A DNA stretch of 64,000 bases from Macrostomum lignano. Taxonomy: Eukaryota. A program made the translations under genes and the position numbers. Shown here piece after piece: positions 1 through 10,596 of the stretch. Every line of letters begins with the position of its first letter. Position 1 is the first letter of the stretch. Where the stretch lies: assembly GCA_002269645.1 (NCBI GenBank), contig NIVC01001641.1:1-64000 (forward strand), in the 5' to 3' direction. The notes under the pieces are model-generated. The model searched no databases. It was not told the origin of the DNA and worked only from the letters and a program-made list of their open reading frames with translations.

Positions 1-54
1 CTGACTGACTGACTGGCTGACTGACTGACTGACTGACTGACTGACTGACTGACT

Positions 55-85
<31 letters not shown>

Positions 86-303
86 GACTGACTGACTGAC
101 TTACTGACTGACTGCTGCTGACTGACTGACTGACTGACTGACTGACTGACTGACTGACTGACTGACTGACTGACTGGCTGACTGACTGACTGACTGACTG
201 ACTGACTGACTGACTGACTGACTGACTGACTGACTGACTGACTGACTGACTGGCTGAGCGACTGACTGACTGACTTGAGTGAGTGGGTGACTGACTGACT
301 GAC
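1..303. repeat. (CTGA)n microsatellite, runs off the window start; intronic to liprin-alpha
   Basis: Near-pure CTGA tetramers with a few variants (ggct, ttgagtgagtgggtga at 275-290). Confidence 0.97.
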
Positions 304-682
304 AAGAGTTGTTGCTCCAGATCCCTGCTAAGGTACACCTTGACCTGGCGGCACCAGAACGGAACATGCGGCAGCCATGTGCGGAGAGGGAGGCTGCGCT
401 TTCCCATCAATTCCAGAGGGTGCTGGGGGACTTGACTGCCGGGCTGACTGAACCGCTGCGTAAGGCTAATAGCGAGTTATCAAGACTGTGGATAAATGGA
501 TGGACGCTGTATAAACCAATCCAGTTTGGTTGCTGTGTGCCTTTCCTTTATTATGATTCATGTTGTAGTTTTTAGGCTAAGGAATGATAAGCGTTACATA
601 AGAGCTTAGTCAAAAATGGAAATAAAACATTGGACAACTTTTATAATTTATACCCTTGAATTGGTTGTCTCTATTAGTATAG

Positions 683-1358
683 GCCATTTCTACTCTACAA
701 TCTGCCACTTCTACTCTACAGTCTGCCATTTCTACTCTACAATCTGCCATTTCTACTCTACAATCTGCCATTTCTACTCTACAATCTGCCACTTCTACTC
801 TACAGTCTGCCATTTCTACTCTACAATCTGCCACTTCTACTCTAAAATCTGCCATTCTACTGTACAATCTGTCATTTCTATTCTGCAACATGCCACTTCT
901 ACTCTACAATCTGCCATATCTATTTTACAATCTGCCACTTAGACTTTACAATCTGCGATTTAACTTTACAATCTGCCATTTTTACTTTACAATCTGCCCC
1001 TTCTACTTTACAATCTGCCGTATCTATTTTACAATCTGCCATTTTTACTCTACAATCTGCCAGTTCTATTTTACAATCTGCCATATCTACTCGACAATTC
1101 GCCACTTCTACTCTACAATCTGCCAAATCTATTTTACAATCTGCCACTTAGACTTTACAATCTGCGATTTGACTTTACAATCTGCCATTTTTACTTTACA
1201 ATCTGCCACTTCTACTTTACAATCTGCCGTATCTATTTTACAATCTGCCATTTTTACTCTACAATCTGCCACTTACAACTTTACAATCTGCCATATCTAC
1301 TCGACAATTCGCCACTTCTACTTCAAAATCTGCCGTATCTATTTTACAATCTGCCATT
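683..1358. repeat. ~21-bp minisatellite (acaatctgccatttctactct) in liprin-alpha intron
   Basis: About 30 diverged tandem copies; produces the repetitive ORFs 610-891, 616-942 and 890-1411. Confidence 0.93.
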
Positions 1359-1386
1359 TGATTTCTTCGCATCCAATAAGACAAAC

Positions 1387-1686
1387 CTTAGGCATGCTGG
1401 AGTCCAGCTGACGCTGCAGCTGGTCCCTCTCCCGCTGCAGGTCCTCCGCGCGCCGGTGCGACAGACCCAGCTGCTCCTGCGCGTCTCGAAGTGCCTCCGT
1501 CAGCCTGTCGCGCTCATCTAACATGCTGATCATCAGCTGCTCGACGTTGCCAGCTGCCGATAGCTCCTCCTGGGAGAAGTCGCGCTCTCCGCTGCCACCG
1601 CCGCCGCCTTCGCCGTTGCCACCGTCTCCTCCACCAGTAGGCCCGACAATGCCATCCTCAACTATGGTGGGCATCACATCGCACAT
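1387..1686 (-). CDS. PPFIA1: Liprin-alpha (PPFIA/SYD-2) first coding exon; gene continues beyond the window start
   Basis: MCDVMPTIVED...EQLMISMLDERDRLTEALRDAQEQL...ERDQLQRQLDSSMPK matches the liprin-alpha N-terminus (MCEVMPTI...EQLMVSMLEERDRL...LQRQLNTALPQ); 300 nt, ends at AAG|GTTTGT donor (1386). Confidence 0.93.
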
Positions 1687-4346
1687 GGCTTTCAGGCTGT
1701 TTCTATTTCTCACTCTATTTATATGTTTATATCTGTTTGTTTCAACTAGCCTATGTACAGTTTGCTAGTGAGGCCATCCACTTCAGTGTTGCAGAATCTG
1801 CAGTGGCCAACTGCTTGCAATTTGAAGTTGGGCCAGGAATTTTCAGACAGACTGCAGGGCTTAGGCATGCAATAAATTGAGAATTCGAGCCATGGAATAA
1901 AAAAACCAGGGACATATCCAATGTCTTTCAAACAAAATAGTACATATAAGATTTTCTATGTGTATTCATTATTCAACATAATAATTGGACTAATGCGAGT
2001 TTTTCAGAAAAAAAGATAAAAAAAATAATGCCTTAAAAATTATGAAATTTATTTATGTGAATTACTAGCTTTTGTGAACTATTTATTCATTTTTAAACTT
2101 TGCTCCTTTCTAAATCAACAAAAAATTTGCAAAAAAACATCATATATCATTAAATTTAAATCAAATAAGACAATTATTTCATAAATTTAGCATGTCTGAC
2201 AATATAGAGACATTAGCAACATGCTGCAACAGTAAGAAAGAATTTTTGAAGAAAATCAAGCAAGTGTTATAACTTTATTTTCTATTTACTAAGATATTAA
2301 TTAAAATCAAGAATAAATCAATAGAGTTTTAAAATTTAAACAAGAACATCATAATTTCATAGAAAGGGTAAAACAACATAGATTCTGCTCAGTAATAAAA
2401 CTCGCTTGTAGAATTAATAAAAGAGAACACAGATTCATATATATTGTCATTTTTAAAAGCAACAATATCATTTATCATATGTATCAGTTCTATCTATCCA
2501 CTATGACTTTCAACTATAAACTGCCATTGGCATTTGTTTGCAGAAAAACAAATCAATGAATATTATAAGCGATGCTTTATAAGCTGCACTGCAGAAGACT
2601 TTGATATATTCCAAATTATATTTTCTGTTATGTAGCATAGTACTCTTCATAGAATTAGTTGGAATAAATTGTAGGGCCTAAAACTTAATTGATTAAATTC
2701 ACAATAAATAAGCTTGATAAACTCATACAAATTATTTAAATACTTAATAAACATACCTATAATTGAACAAATCAAGCAATGTACAAGGGAATTTCATTTT
2801 TGATACACCCTAAAGGCAATTATTCGGTTTTTTAGATTTTGCAACAAAAAGGGCAATGTTAAAAATAAAACGCACTAAAAAACTCACAAAAATTTTCTAT
2901 CAAAACTAAATTATAGACCCAAGCATTATATATAGATCTAATCTCTAGAGAATGATAAACTCAGCTCACATAAATAAGCCTTGAAATTTCGAAAGATCTA
3001 AATTAAAAAACTATTTTCAGTAATTTTGAATTTTCGCAAATAATTTATTACCGTTTCGAGAATGAACTTTCTGAAGTTTAAACTATTGTTTAATAAAAGT
3101 GAATTGGTTAACAGTCAGAGGTCAGAGCGGTAATGTAGAAAGAAGCATTATTTTTTTTTTCTGACATCTAATTAGGGCAATTGTTTTCTTTAACTTTGCT
3201 TTTTGTATAATCTAGCAACTCACGGTGTTGCAATTCTTACAACGGCAGCAGCTATTAAAACTAATACTGTTTATATTTTTGACTAATAGATAATAAGAAA
3301 CTGTAAAAATAGCTATTTTTTTGTTGTTAAAAATAACTTTACAATAAAAAAGCAAAATAAGTGCACACTATTTGTGTCAGAGAATAAATTTAATTGCAAG
3401 TTTATATCCGTAGTTAATTACAATTAAGTTTTCAATTTCAATATACAATTGTCTATATATATATTTCAGGAACTAATCATGGCATGGTGTATTACTTTTA
3501 GCTCGTTTTTTATTCAGTTATCAAAGATATTCAGAAAATGTTTGAATGTTTCCGAAATATTTAACTAGCTACATTATAACTACAATGCCAAGAAGCAGGA
3601 AGTGACCTTTTTAAATTTGTACTTATAAGTTTGAATAAGTCAAGACAATGACATGCCTTTTAGTTTGTGGAAAGTTTTCAGCCCCCCCCCATTACTAAAA
3701 ATTTAGTTATAATCTTCTTCCTGAATAGGTTGCCAAAATTATCAGTGATAAAAGTGTTTAAATAAATGAAATTCAAAGCTCTTAAATTTTTTTCTAATAT
3801 TATCATTGATAGAGATTTGGTTTTGATAGAGACTTAAGGGCTAGAACCTAGAACTAAGGGACTGATAATTGGCTTTAGTTCTTCTAGCTTTTTAGAAGAG
3901 TTAGGTACTGCAACTGGATTCTTAATTGGTATTAATCATAATATATTTTGCTTTTTTATTGCTAAAATCTTGCATGTACACAATCCTAAATGCAATGAAA
4001 ATTAGGATTGTGTTTATAAAAATAATTTTCTTAAACTAATTTCTGCAGGAAAGTAATTTTTTATCTTAATCAAATCATTAAATATTAAAATGTTTTAAAT
4101 GAATCAGATAAAACAAATTATTGCTTATCTATCTTGTTTATTGTTTATTAGCTTAATATTTAATATTTTTTGTTTTAGTTTTTAAATATTTTTTCAGATT
4201 AGGCCTAGCTTTCATATAATGAATAGTAGTAATAGCAAATAATTTTTATGATTGTAATTTTTACATTTGCAATATTTGCCTATTCTAATTGCATGATATT
4301 GTGCTAAATATTGTCACAAAAATTGTGACTTAGCCATCCTTCAGCC

Positions 4347-7300
4347 ATGTATAGTGAAGGAACTCCACAGCCAATGTATGAAGAGGATGTGCAGCAAAAG
4401 AAGCTAAAGTAAGTGGTTTAAAATACTTTATTATTGATGAAATTCATAAAATAATTAAGTTATAAAATAATTATTTCAGACCAATTCTGCTGCAAAACAG
4501 GCCTCTCTATGCTAAGATGATCATGTTCCTAGTGGCTATGTTTGCATTTGTAAGTTGAATTCAAATATTTGCATTTTCTCTATTTCTAATTATACCAAAC
4601 ATTGCTTCGTAATGCTCTGCAGTGCCTCGGCGGCTCCCTAGTGGCCATCGGGGTGTACATTCAGCTGGACCGCGGCTTCATCTCCGAGATCATTGGCAGT
4701 GTGGTGGCCCTGGCCGCTGCTTACCTGTGCATTGTTGCCGGCTTTCTTATTGCTTTCGTCGGCCTGCTGGGCGCCTACGGAGCTCACAAGCTGAACAAGG
4801 CCTGTCTGATCGCCTTTCTGGTCATCGTGCTGGTGCTCACCCTGGTCACCTTTGTTGGCAGCCTGCTGGCTGTGATATTCAGGGCCACGGTGATCCAGAC
4901 TGCCAAGGACACCATGAGCTACTCGCTCACCATTCACTATGGCAAGACGCGGCTCATCACGGAATCTTGGGATGCCATCCAGGTTGGTCTAGTGATCCTT
5001 TATGCTTGAGTAGTGCTGCTTTTAACTCTGTCACACTGAGTGTCTGATAAGTTAGATTTGAGAGTCTAATCTATCAGATTTGAGAGTCTGTTCTATCAGG
5101 TTTGAGAGTCTGACCTATCAGATTGAGATTCTGATCTATCAGATTTGAGAGTCTGATCTATCACATTTGAGAGTCCGGTCTATCAGATTGAGTCTGATCT
5201 ATCAGATTTGAGAGTCTGACCTATCAGATTTGAGAGTCTGACCTATCAGATTTGAGAGTCTGACCTATCAGATTGAGTCTGATCTATCAGATTTGAGATT
5301 CTGACCTATCAGATTGAGTCTGATCTATCAGATTTGAGATTCTGACCTATCAGATTGAGTCTGATCTATCAGATTTGAGATTCTGACCTATCAGATTGAG
5401 TCTGATCTATCAGATTTGAGATTCTGACCTATCAGATTGAGTCTGATCTATCAGATTTGAGATTCTGACCTATCAGATTGAGTCTGATCTATCAGATTTG
5501 AGATTCTGACCTATCAGATTTGAGAGTCTGACCTATCAGATTTGAGATTCTGATCTATCAGATTGAGTCTGATCTATCAGATTTGAGATTCTGATCTATC
5601 AGATTGAGTCTGATCTATCAGATTTGAGATTCTGACCTATCAGATTTGAGATTCTGATCTATCAGATTGAGTCTGATCTATCAGATTTGAGATTCTGACC
5701 TATCAGATTGAGTCTGATCTATCAGATTTGAGATTCTGACCTATCAGATTGAGTCTGATCTATCAGATTTGAGATTCTGACCTATCAGATTTGAGAGTCT
5801 GACCTATCAGATTTGAGATTCTGACCTATCAGATTTGAGAGTCTGACCTATCAGATTTGAGATTCTGATCTATCAGATTGAGTCTGATCTATCAGATTTG
5901 AGATTCTGATCTATCACATTTGAGAGTCCGGTCTATCAGATTGAGTCTGATCTATCAGATTTGAGAGTCTGACCTATCAGATTTGAGAGTCTGACCTATC
6001 AGATTTGAGAGTCTGACCTATCAGATTTGAGATTCTGATCTATCAGATTGAGTCTGATCTATCACATTTGAGAGTCCGGTCTATCAGATTGAGTCTGATC
6101 TATCAGATTTGAGAGTCTGACCTATCAGATTTGAGAGTCAGATCTATCAGATTTGAGAGTCAGATCTATCAGATTTGAGAGTCTGACCTATCAGATTTGA
6201 GAGTCCGGTCTATCAGATTTGAGAGTCTGATCTATCAGATTTGAGATTCTGACCTATCAGATTTGAGAGTCTGATCTATCAGATTTGAGAGTCTGATCTA
6301 TCAGATTTGAGAGTCTGATCTATCAGATTTGAGAGTCTGGTCTATCAGACTTGAGAGTCTGGTCTATCAGATTTGAGAGTCTGATCTATCAGATTTGAGA
6401 GTCTGGTCTATCAGATTTGAGAGTCCGGTCTATCAGATTTGAGAGTCTGGTCTATTAAATTTGAGATTCCGATCTACCAGACTTTGAAGTCCAACCTATC
6501 ACGCTCATATTATGCATTCAAAACAATCCCGAGAGTCCAGCTCAGTGGTTGAGCAATTCCCAAGTGCCCCCTCGCAACCATCGCAGACGCACCTTCGCTG
6601 CTGCGCGGTGGACAGCAACGGCTGGCAGCTGTACATCGGCAGCCAGTGGGACCTGATGGTCAACGCCGATGCGCGCAACCTCGGCTCCAGAATTCCTCAA
6701 TGGTCGCCGCTGTACAAATTCGTGCCCGAGTCCTGCTGCCTCAGCCTCATCGACCCGCGCACCCTGTGGCCCAGCGGCAAAGTCAGGAACAAGGAGCAGT
6801 GCCAGTACTTCCCCTATGGCCCGCCCAACAAGCTTAGCGGAGCGTTCAACGATGCCGTTAACTATAAGGTGAGTACCCCGGTTTCGGAAAATCCTATATT
6901 TCTACTGACAGTAGTTTGTTTTTATTCCTGTATTTCTACTGACAGTAGTTTGTAGCAGTTTTATCACAACTTTCTACCCCTTTTCACGCACACGTGCAGG
7001 GCTGCTTCCAAGCCGGAGCGGAGGTGATGGGCTTTTACAGCAACTTCCTGGGCTACATTGGATTCTCTCTGTTCATCATAATGGTGAGAATTTGAGCTCA
7101 CAATTATTAAACATAGTTGTTTTATATTAATTCGATATTATCTATTTAAGATTTAAGATTTTTTAAAGTTCCATGCGTCAAATTTTTGCATTGAAACTTT
7201 ACTCACAACATTGCTGATTCACATATTCTGATTTATAGCCTCTGTAGTGCCAGACTATATGTTCACACATTTATTAGCTCACAGACCTAGCGTTCACATA

Positions 7301-8007
7301 TTTTCCATTCACAGATTCTTTATTCACCAAATGAGCATTCACTGAATCCGGATTCACATATTTCTCATTCACAGACGTCTGTCTGACAGATTCTGCATTC
7401 ACTGATTACACATTCACAGATTCTGATTTACAGGTTTCACAGTCACAAACTCCACATTTACATATTCTGCCATTCACAGATCCTGTATTCACTGATTACA
7501 CATTCACAGATTCTGATTTACAGGTTTCACAGTCACAAACTCCACATTTACATATTCCGCCGTTCACATATCCTGTATTCACTGATTACACATTCACAGA
7601 TTCTGATTTAAAGTTTTAGCTACCACAGGTTCTGTGTATTAACAAATATCACATTCACAGACCCGCTCTGTAGTCCCAGCGTCCTTATTAACATGTGCCG
7701 CACTTACAGATTCCATATTCATAGATTTCTATTTCGTGAATGAAGATTCACTGGTACATTAAAGCTATAATCCTTCTCCTCAAAGAAGTTTCAAATTTGA
7801 AATTTCAACAGCTTCACTAATAAACACTGGAATTGTCTGATGAGAATATCAGATGGTGAAAATAAGCCTTTGACATTTCCCTATGCCCTCCAGATAATTG
7901 GCATCATCAGCAGTTTGGCCCTGATCGTCACTATTAACAAGGACATGAAGATGGTACGTAAGCAGGCGGGCAAGGACTATCGGATGCCCGGAGGCGGCGG
8001 CTATTGA
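4347..8007 (+). CDS. Tetraspanin, 323 aa, 6 exons
   Basis: Exons 4347-4408, 4480-4549, 4623-4982, 6587-6868, 7000-7083, 7894-8007, all GT-AG and phase-consistent; four TM segments, EC2 with CCA (CCG variant), PESCC and GC motifs. Confidence 0.93.
5055..6490. repeat. ~20-22-bp minisatellite (ctatcagatttgagagtctgac) filling tetraspanin intron 3
   Basis: More than 60 tandem copies; units contain the near-palindrome tctgat-ct-atcaga. Confidence 0.96.
7320..7615. repeat. Degenerate tandem repeat with a ~90-bp duplication in tetraspanin intron 5
   Basis: cattcactgattacacattcacagattctgattta recurs at ~7396, ~7487 and ~7577. Confidence 0.7.
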
Positions 8008-9603
8008 GCTCGAATGATAGACCTTTGTTTTTCCTGACAAAATAATTACCTTCTTTGTGCGTGCGCTCCTGTCAGTCCTATTATTACTATTATTGCTTAA
8101 ATTAAAATAATTGCAGCCCTGTAAAACTTTGACCTTAATGTCTTATTTAAGCTTGTTTTACCGTTAGCAGTGAGATAGTGCATCTAATCGAGTGTGTTTG
8201 ACTTCAGCTGCTTACACTGTATGTGGAATTTAAGCATAGGATTATTTGTTTGAATGCAAAATTAGACTTAAATTAGATTAATAGTCTATGGCCACAAGAC
8301 TACTCGTATATATTGATTTTCCTGCGCATAGCCAGCGGGCACGGGACCACCAGCTTCACGCCCGCCCAGACTGTTGTCTATGGCAAATCCTCACTGGGTG
8401 CTGCGCGAACAGAAACTATGCTTGGCCATAGACAGTTAGGGACCCTCAGGTCTCTCCAGCACCCCCTCTGTTTCAGCAGTGTAATTGAAATCAAGTAGTG
8501 AGGTTGTGAAATCAAATGGAAGATCATGTTTCATAACAAATTTTTGTCGACATCGTATTTGTCGATGCAATGCTGATTCACGATCGTGTCTAATGCCATA
8601 AGTCCCAAGGGGTTGAAGAGAAATAGCCATACCTGATAATTGACCTATAGAGGCTTTAGTGCTGATTTCTTCTATCTGAGTGTAATTTACGAGTAATTCT
8701 GCCCAATGCGAAACATTCCAATGTTTTTTAATGTGTGTTTTTCATTCCTAAGCTCGTTTCCCGTGTATATAATGGTACGTCTAAAAAAAGTAAAATTTTC
8801 TGCTTATAATCATCCGTTGTAGCCTGCAAACAACACGACCAACTGCAAGCAGTGTTTTTGTCTACCCATTAATACTATTTGCTCGGTTCTAGCATATAGC
8901 AAATACATTTTACCAAGGCTGGAATGAAAGCTTCTTGTAATACGCTTCATTAGCATGATTCTTGCTATTATACCTACATTTTTAGTCATCAAGTATTTAC
9001 TCTCTTTTTTCGAAAAGAAGATACGAAATAGTTCGTTTAGGATTGCAGATTATTTTTTATCGTTTGAAGCAAGGAATTCATTTCTAGCTTAGTGTATGGG
9101 TACTCGAACTTATTTATATGGCACATATGGAATATAATTTTTAGTATAGAGGACTAGCATTTTGCACCCTCGTGTGGGGCGCGAGCGGGGACACAGGCTC
9201 ACACGAACGATGCTGGCGAGCCAAGCGTTGTACGAGCTATTGTTTTACTGCTTGATGGCTCAGCCTATTGCATTATGCTAATGACAATGCCTTGTGTTGG
9301 CTAATAAACTTGATACTAGCTAATTGCCCTTCATAGTTTATACGATTTCAACAAATTGCGACAAAGGCCATGCCGCCGGACCTAATCCGGCGTTCGCCAG
9401 CAGGCAGTCGACGAAACGCCGAGTGCCCGATTGTCTCCGGCGGTAGGGCGCCTGCAGTGTCAGCAGCAGCGCCTCTTGCACCTGGTACGGAGTACGGACA
9501 GTAGGGACTCGGCGCGGTAAAATGATAAAATGACATCACAGCTTAGGATGAGCACTAGCTTTGCCAGAGCCCCTCTAAGCCAGGTTGCCTTGAGAGTGCG
9601 ACC

Positions 9604-9996
9604 CTAAGTGTGTTCTTTGGTACGGCTGGGGCTGGACCGCTCGATGTTCCCCTCACGGTCCCTGGCGCCACCCAGAAGATCCGCATGGGCCGGCGCAGCA
9701 GCGGCTCGGCGGGCAGCACCACATCTCCGACCGCGCCCATTTCTCTCACGCCAGCGCTCAATACGTTCGCTGCCGCTTGGTCTTGCCTCTGCTGGACGCC
9801 GCAGCAGTGAAACGCGGCTCATTCCTGGATTCCGTTTAGGCGTCCATAGAAATTGGTTTACAGTCTCCAGCACATCTTGACCAGCAATTAAAGCATTCCA
9901 GGAAAGCTCTTTCGTCTCTGCATCTATCGAATTTGGGCTATTCAGCTCACCGAATTCGTCGTCTGACATGAACGCCTCTTTGTCATTGGACGCCAT
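9604..9996 (-). CDS. Hypothetical 130-aa ORF in a GC-rich island; function unknown
   Basis: ATG-started ORF with acidic N-terminus (MASNDKEAFMSDDEFGEL); no recognisable domain. Confidence 0.25.
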   Translation of the reverse strand: MASNDKEAFMSDDEFGELNSPNSIDAETKELSWNALIAGQDVLETVNQFLWTPKRNPGMSRVSLLRRPAEARPSGSERIERWRERNGRGRRCGAARRAAAAPAHADLLGGARDREGNIERSSPSRTKEHT

Positions 9997-10596
9997 TATC
10001 CCAGAAATTACTTGTTGCTTTTACTATAAGATACTTAAGAATGATTTAACTCAGTCGTAACTCGTAAAAATACAGTATATCTATATATGTTAGTGTTCTT
10101 AGGCTATGCATTTTCATCCGACTGGAATAGTGATAGACATGGAAAGTCGTCACTCCTAAGAAAATAGTCTATGGTATGAGCGTTAAGCTTTTAAACTTAA
10201 ACTTACCATCCGACCGAAAAGGAGATGAACGGTTCATTTGGCTCAGTTAGAAAGAGATTATTTTGCAGGCTCTTCGAAAATCACGCCAATTTTTATACAG
10301 TTCATTTGAAGCATTATTACGACTTTTTATTAAAAATGTGCTATGCATCATCAACTGGAATTATTTAAGCGTTGAATGATACTTTTATTTGGCAATATTA
10401 TCGAGAAGTTTCAAAAAAACAAATTGATGAAAAAATTAGCAGTTCACATTACAATAATGTAAAATCGTACAAAAAAGTATTATATTAAATGAATTAAAAT
10501 TTTAATCATTAAATGAGCACCGATCTTTTCATCATGAACAATTGTTAAAAAATTAATGAATGACGTGGCCATGGAGTGCATGTACGGCAGCTATCT

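Noticed and set aside
78-575. ORFs 78-410 and 309-575 as liprin exon 2 or another gene
   Set aside because: No match to the expected liprin continuation (ELNxxREQLLERxEEIxELKAERNNTRLLLEHLE) and no convincing splice sites.
9152-9200. Possible Helitron 3' end (GC-rich hairpin plus CTAG on the minus strand)
   Set aside because: The hairpin is imperfect and no 5' TC terminus or second copy is visible.
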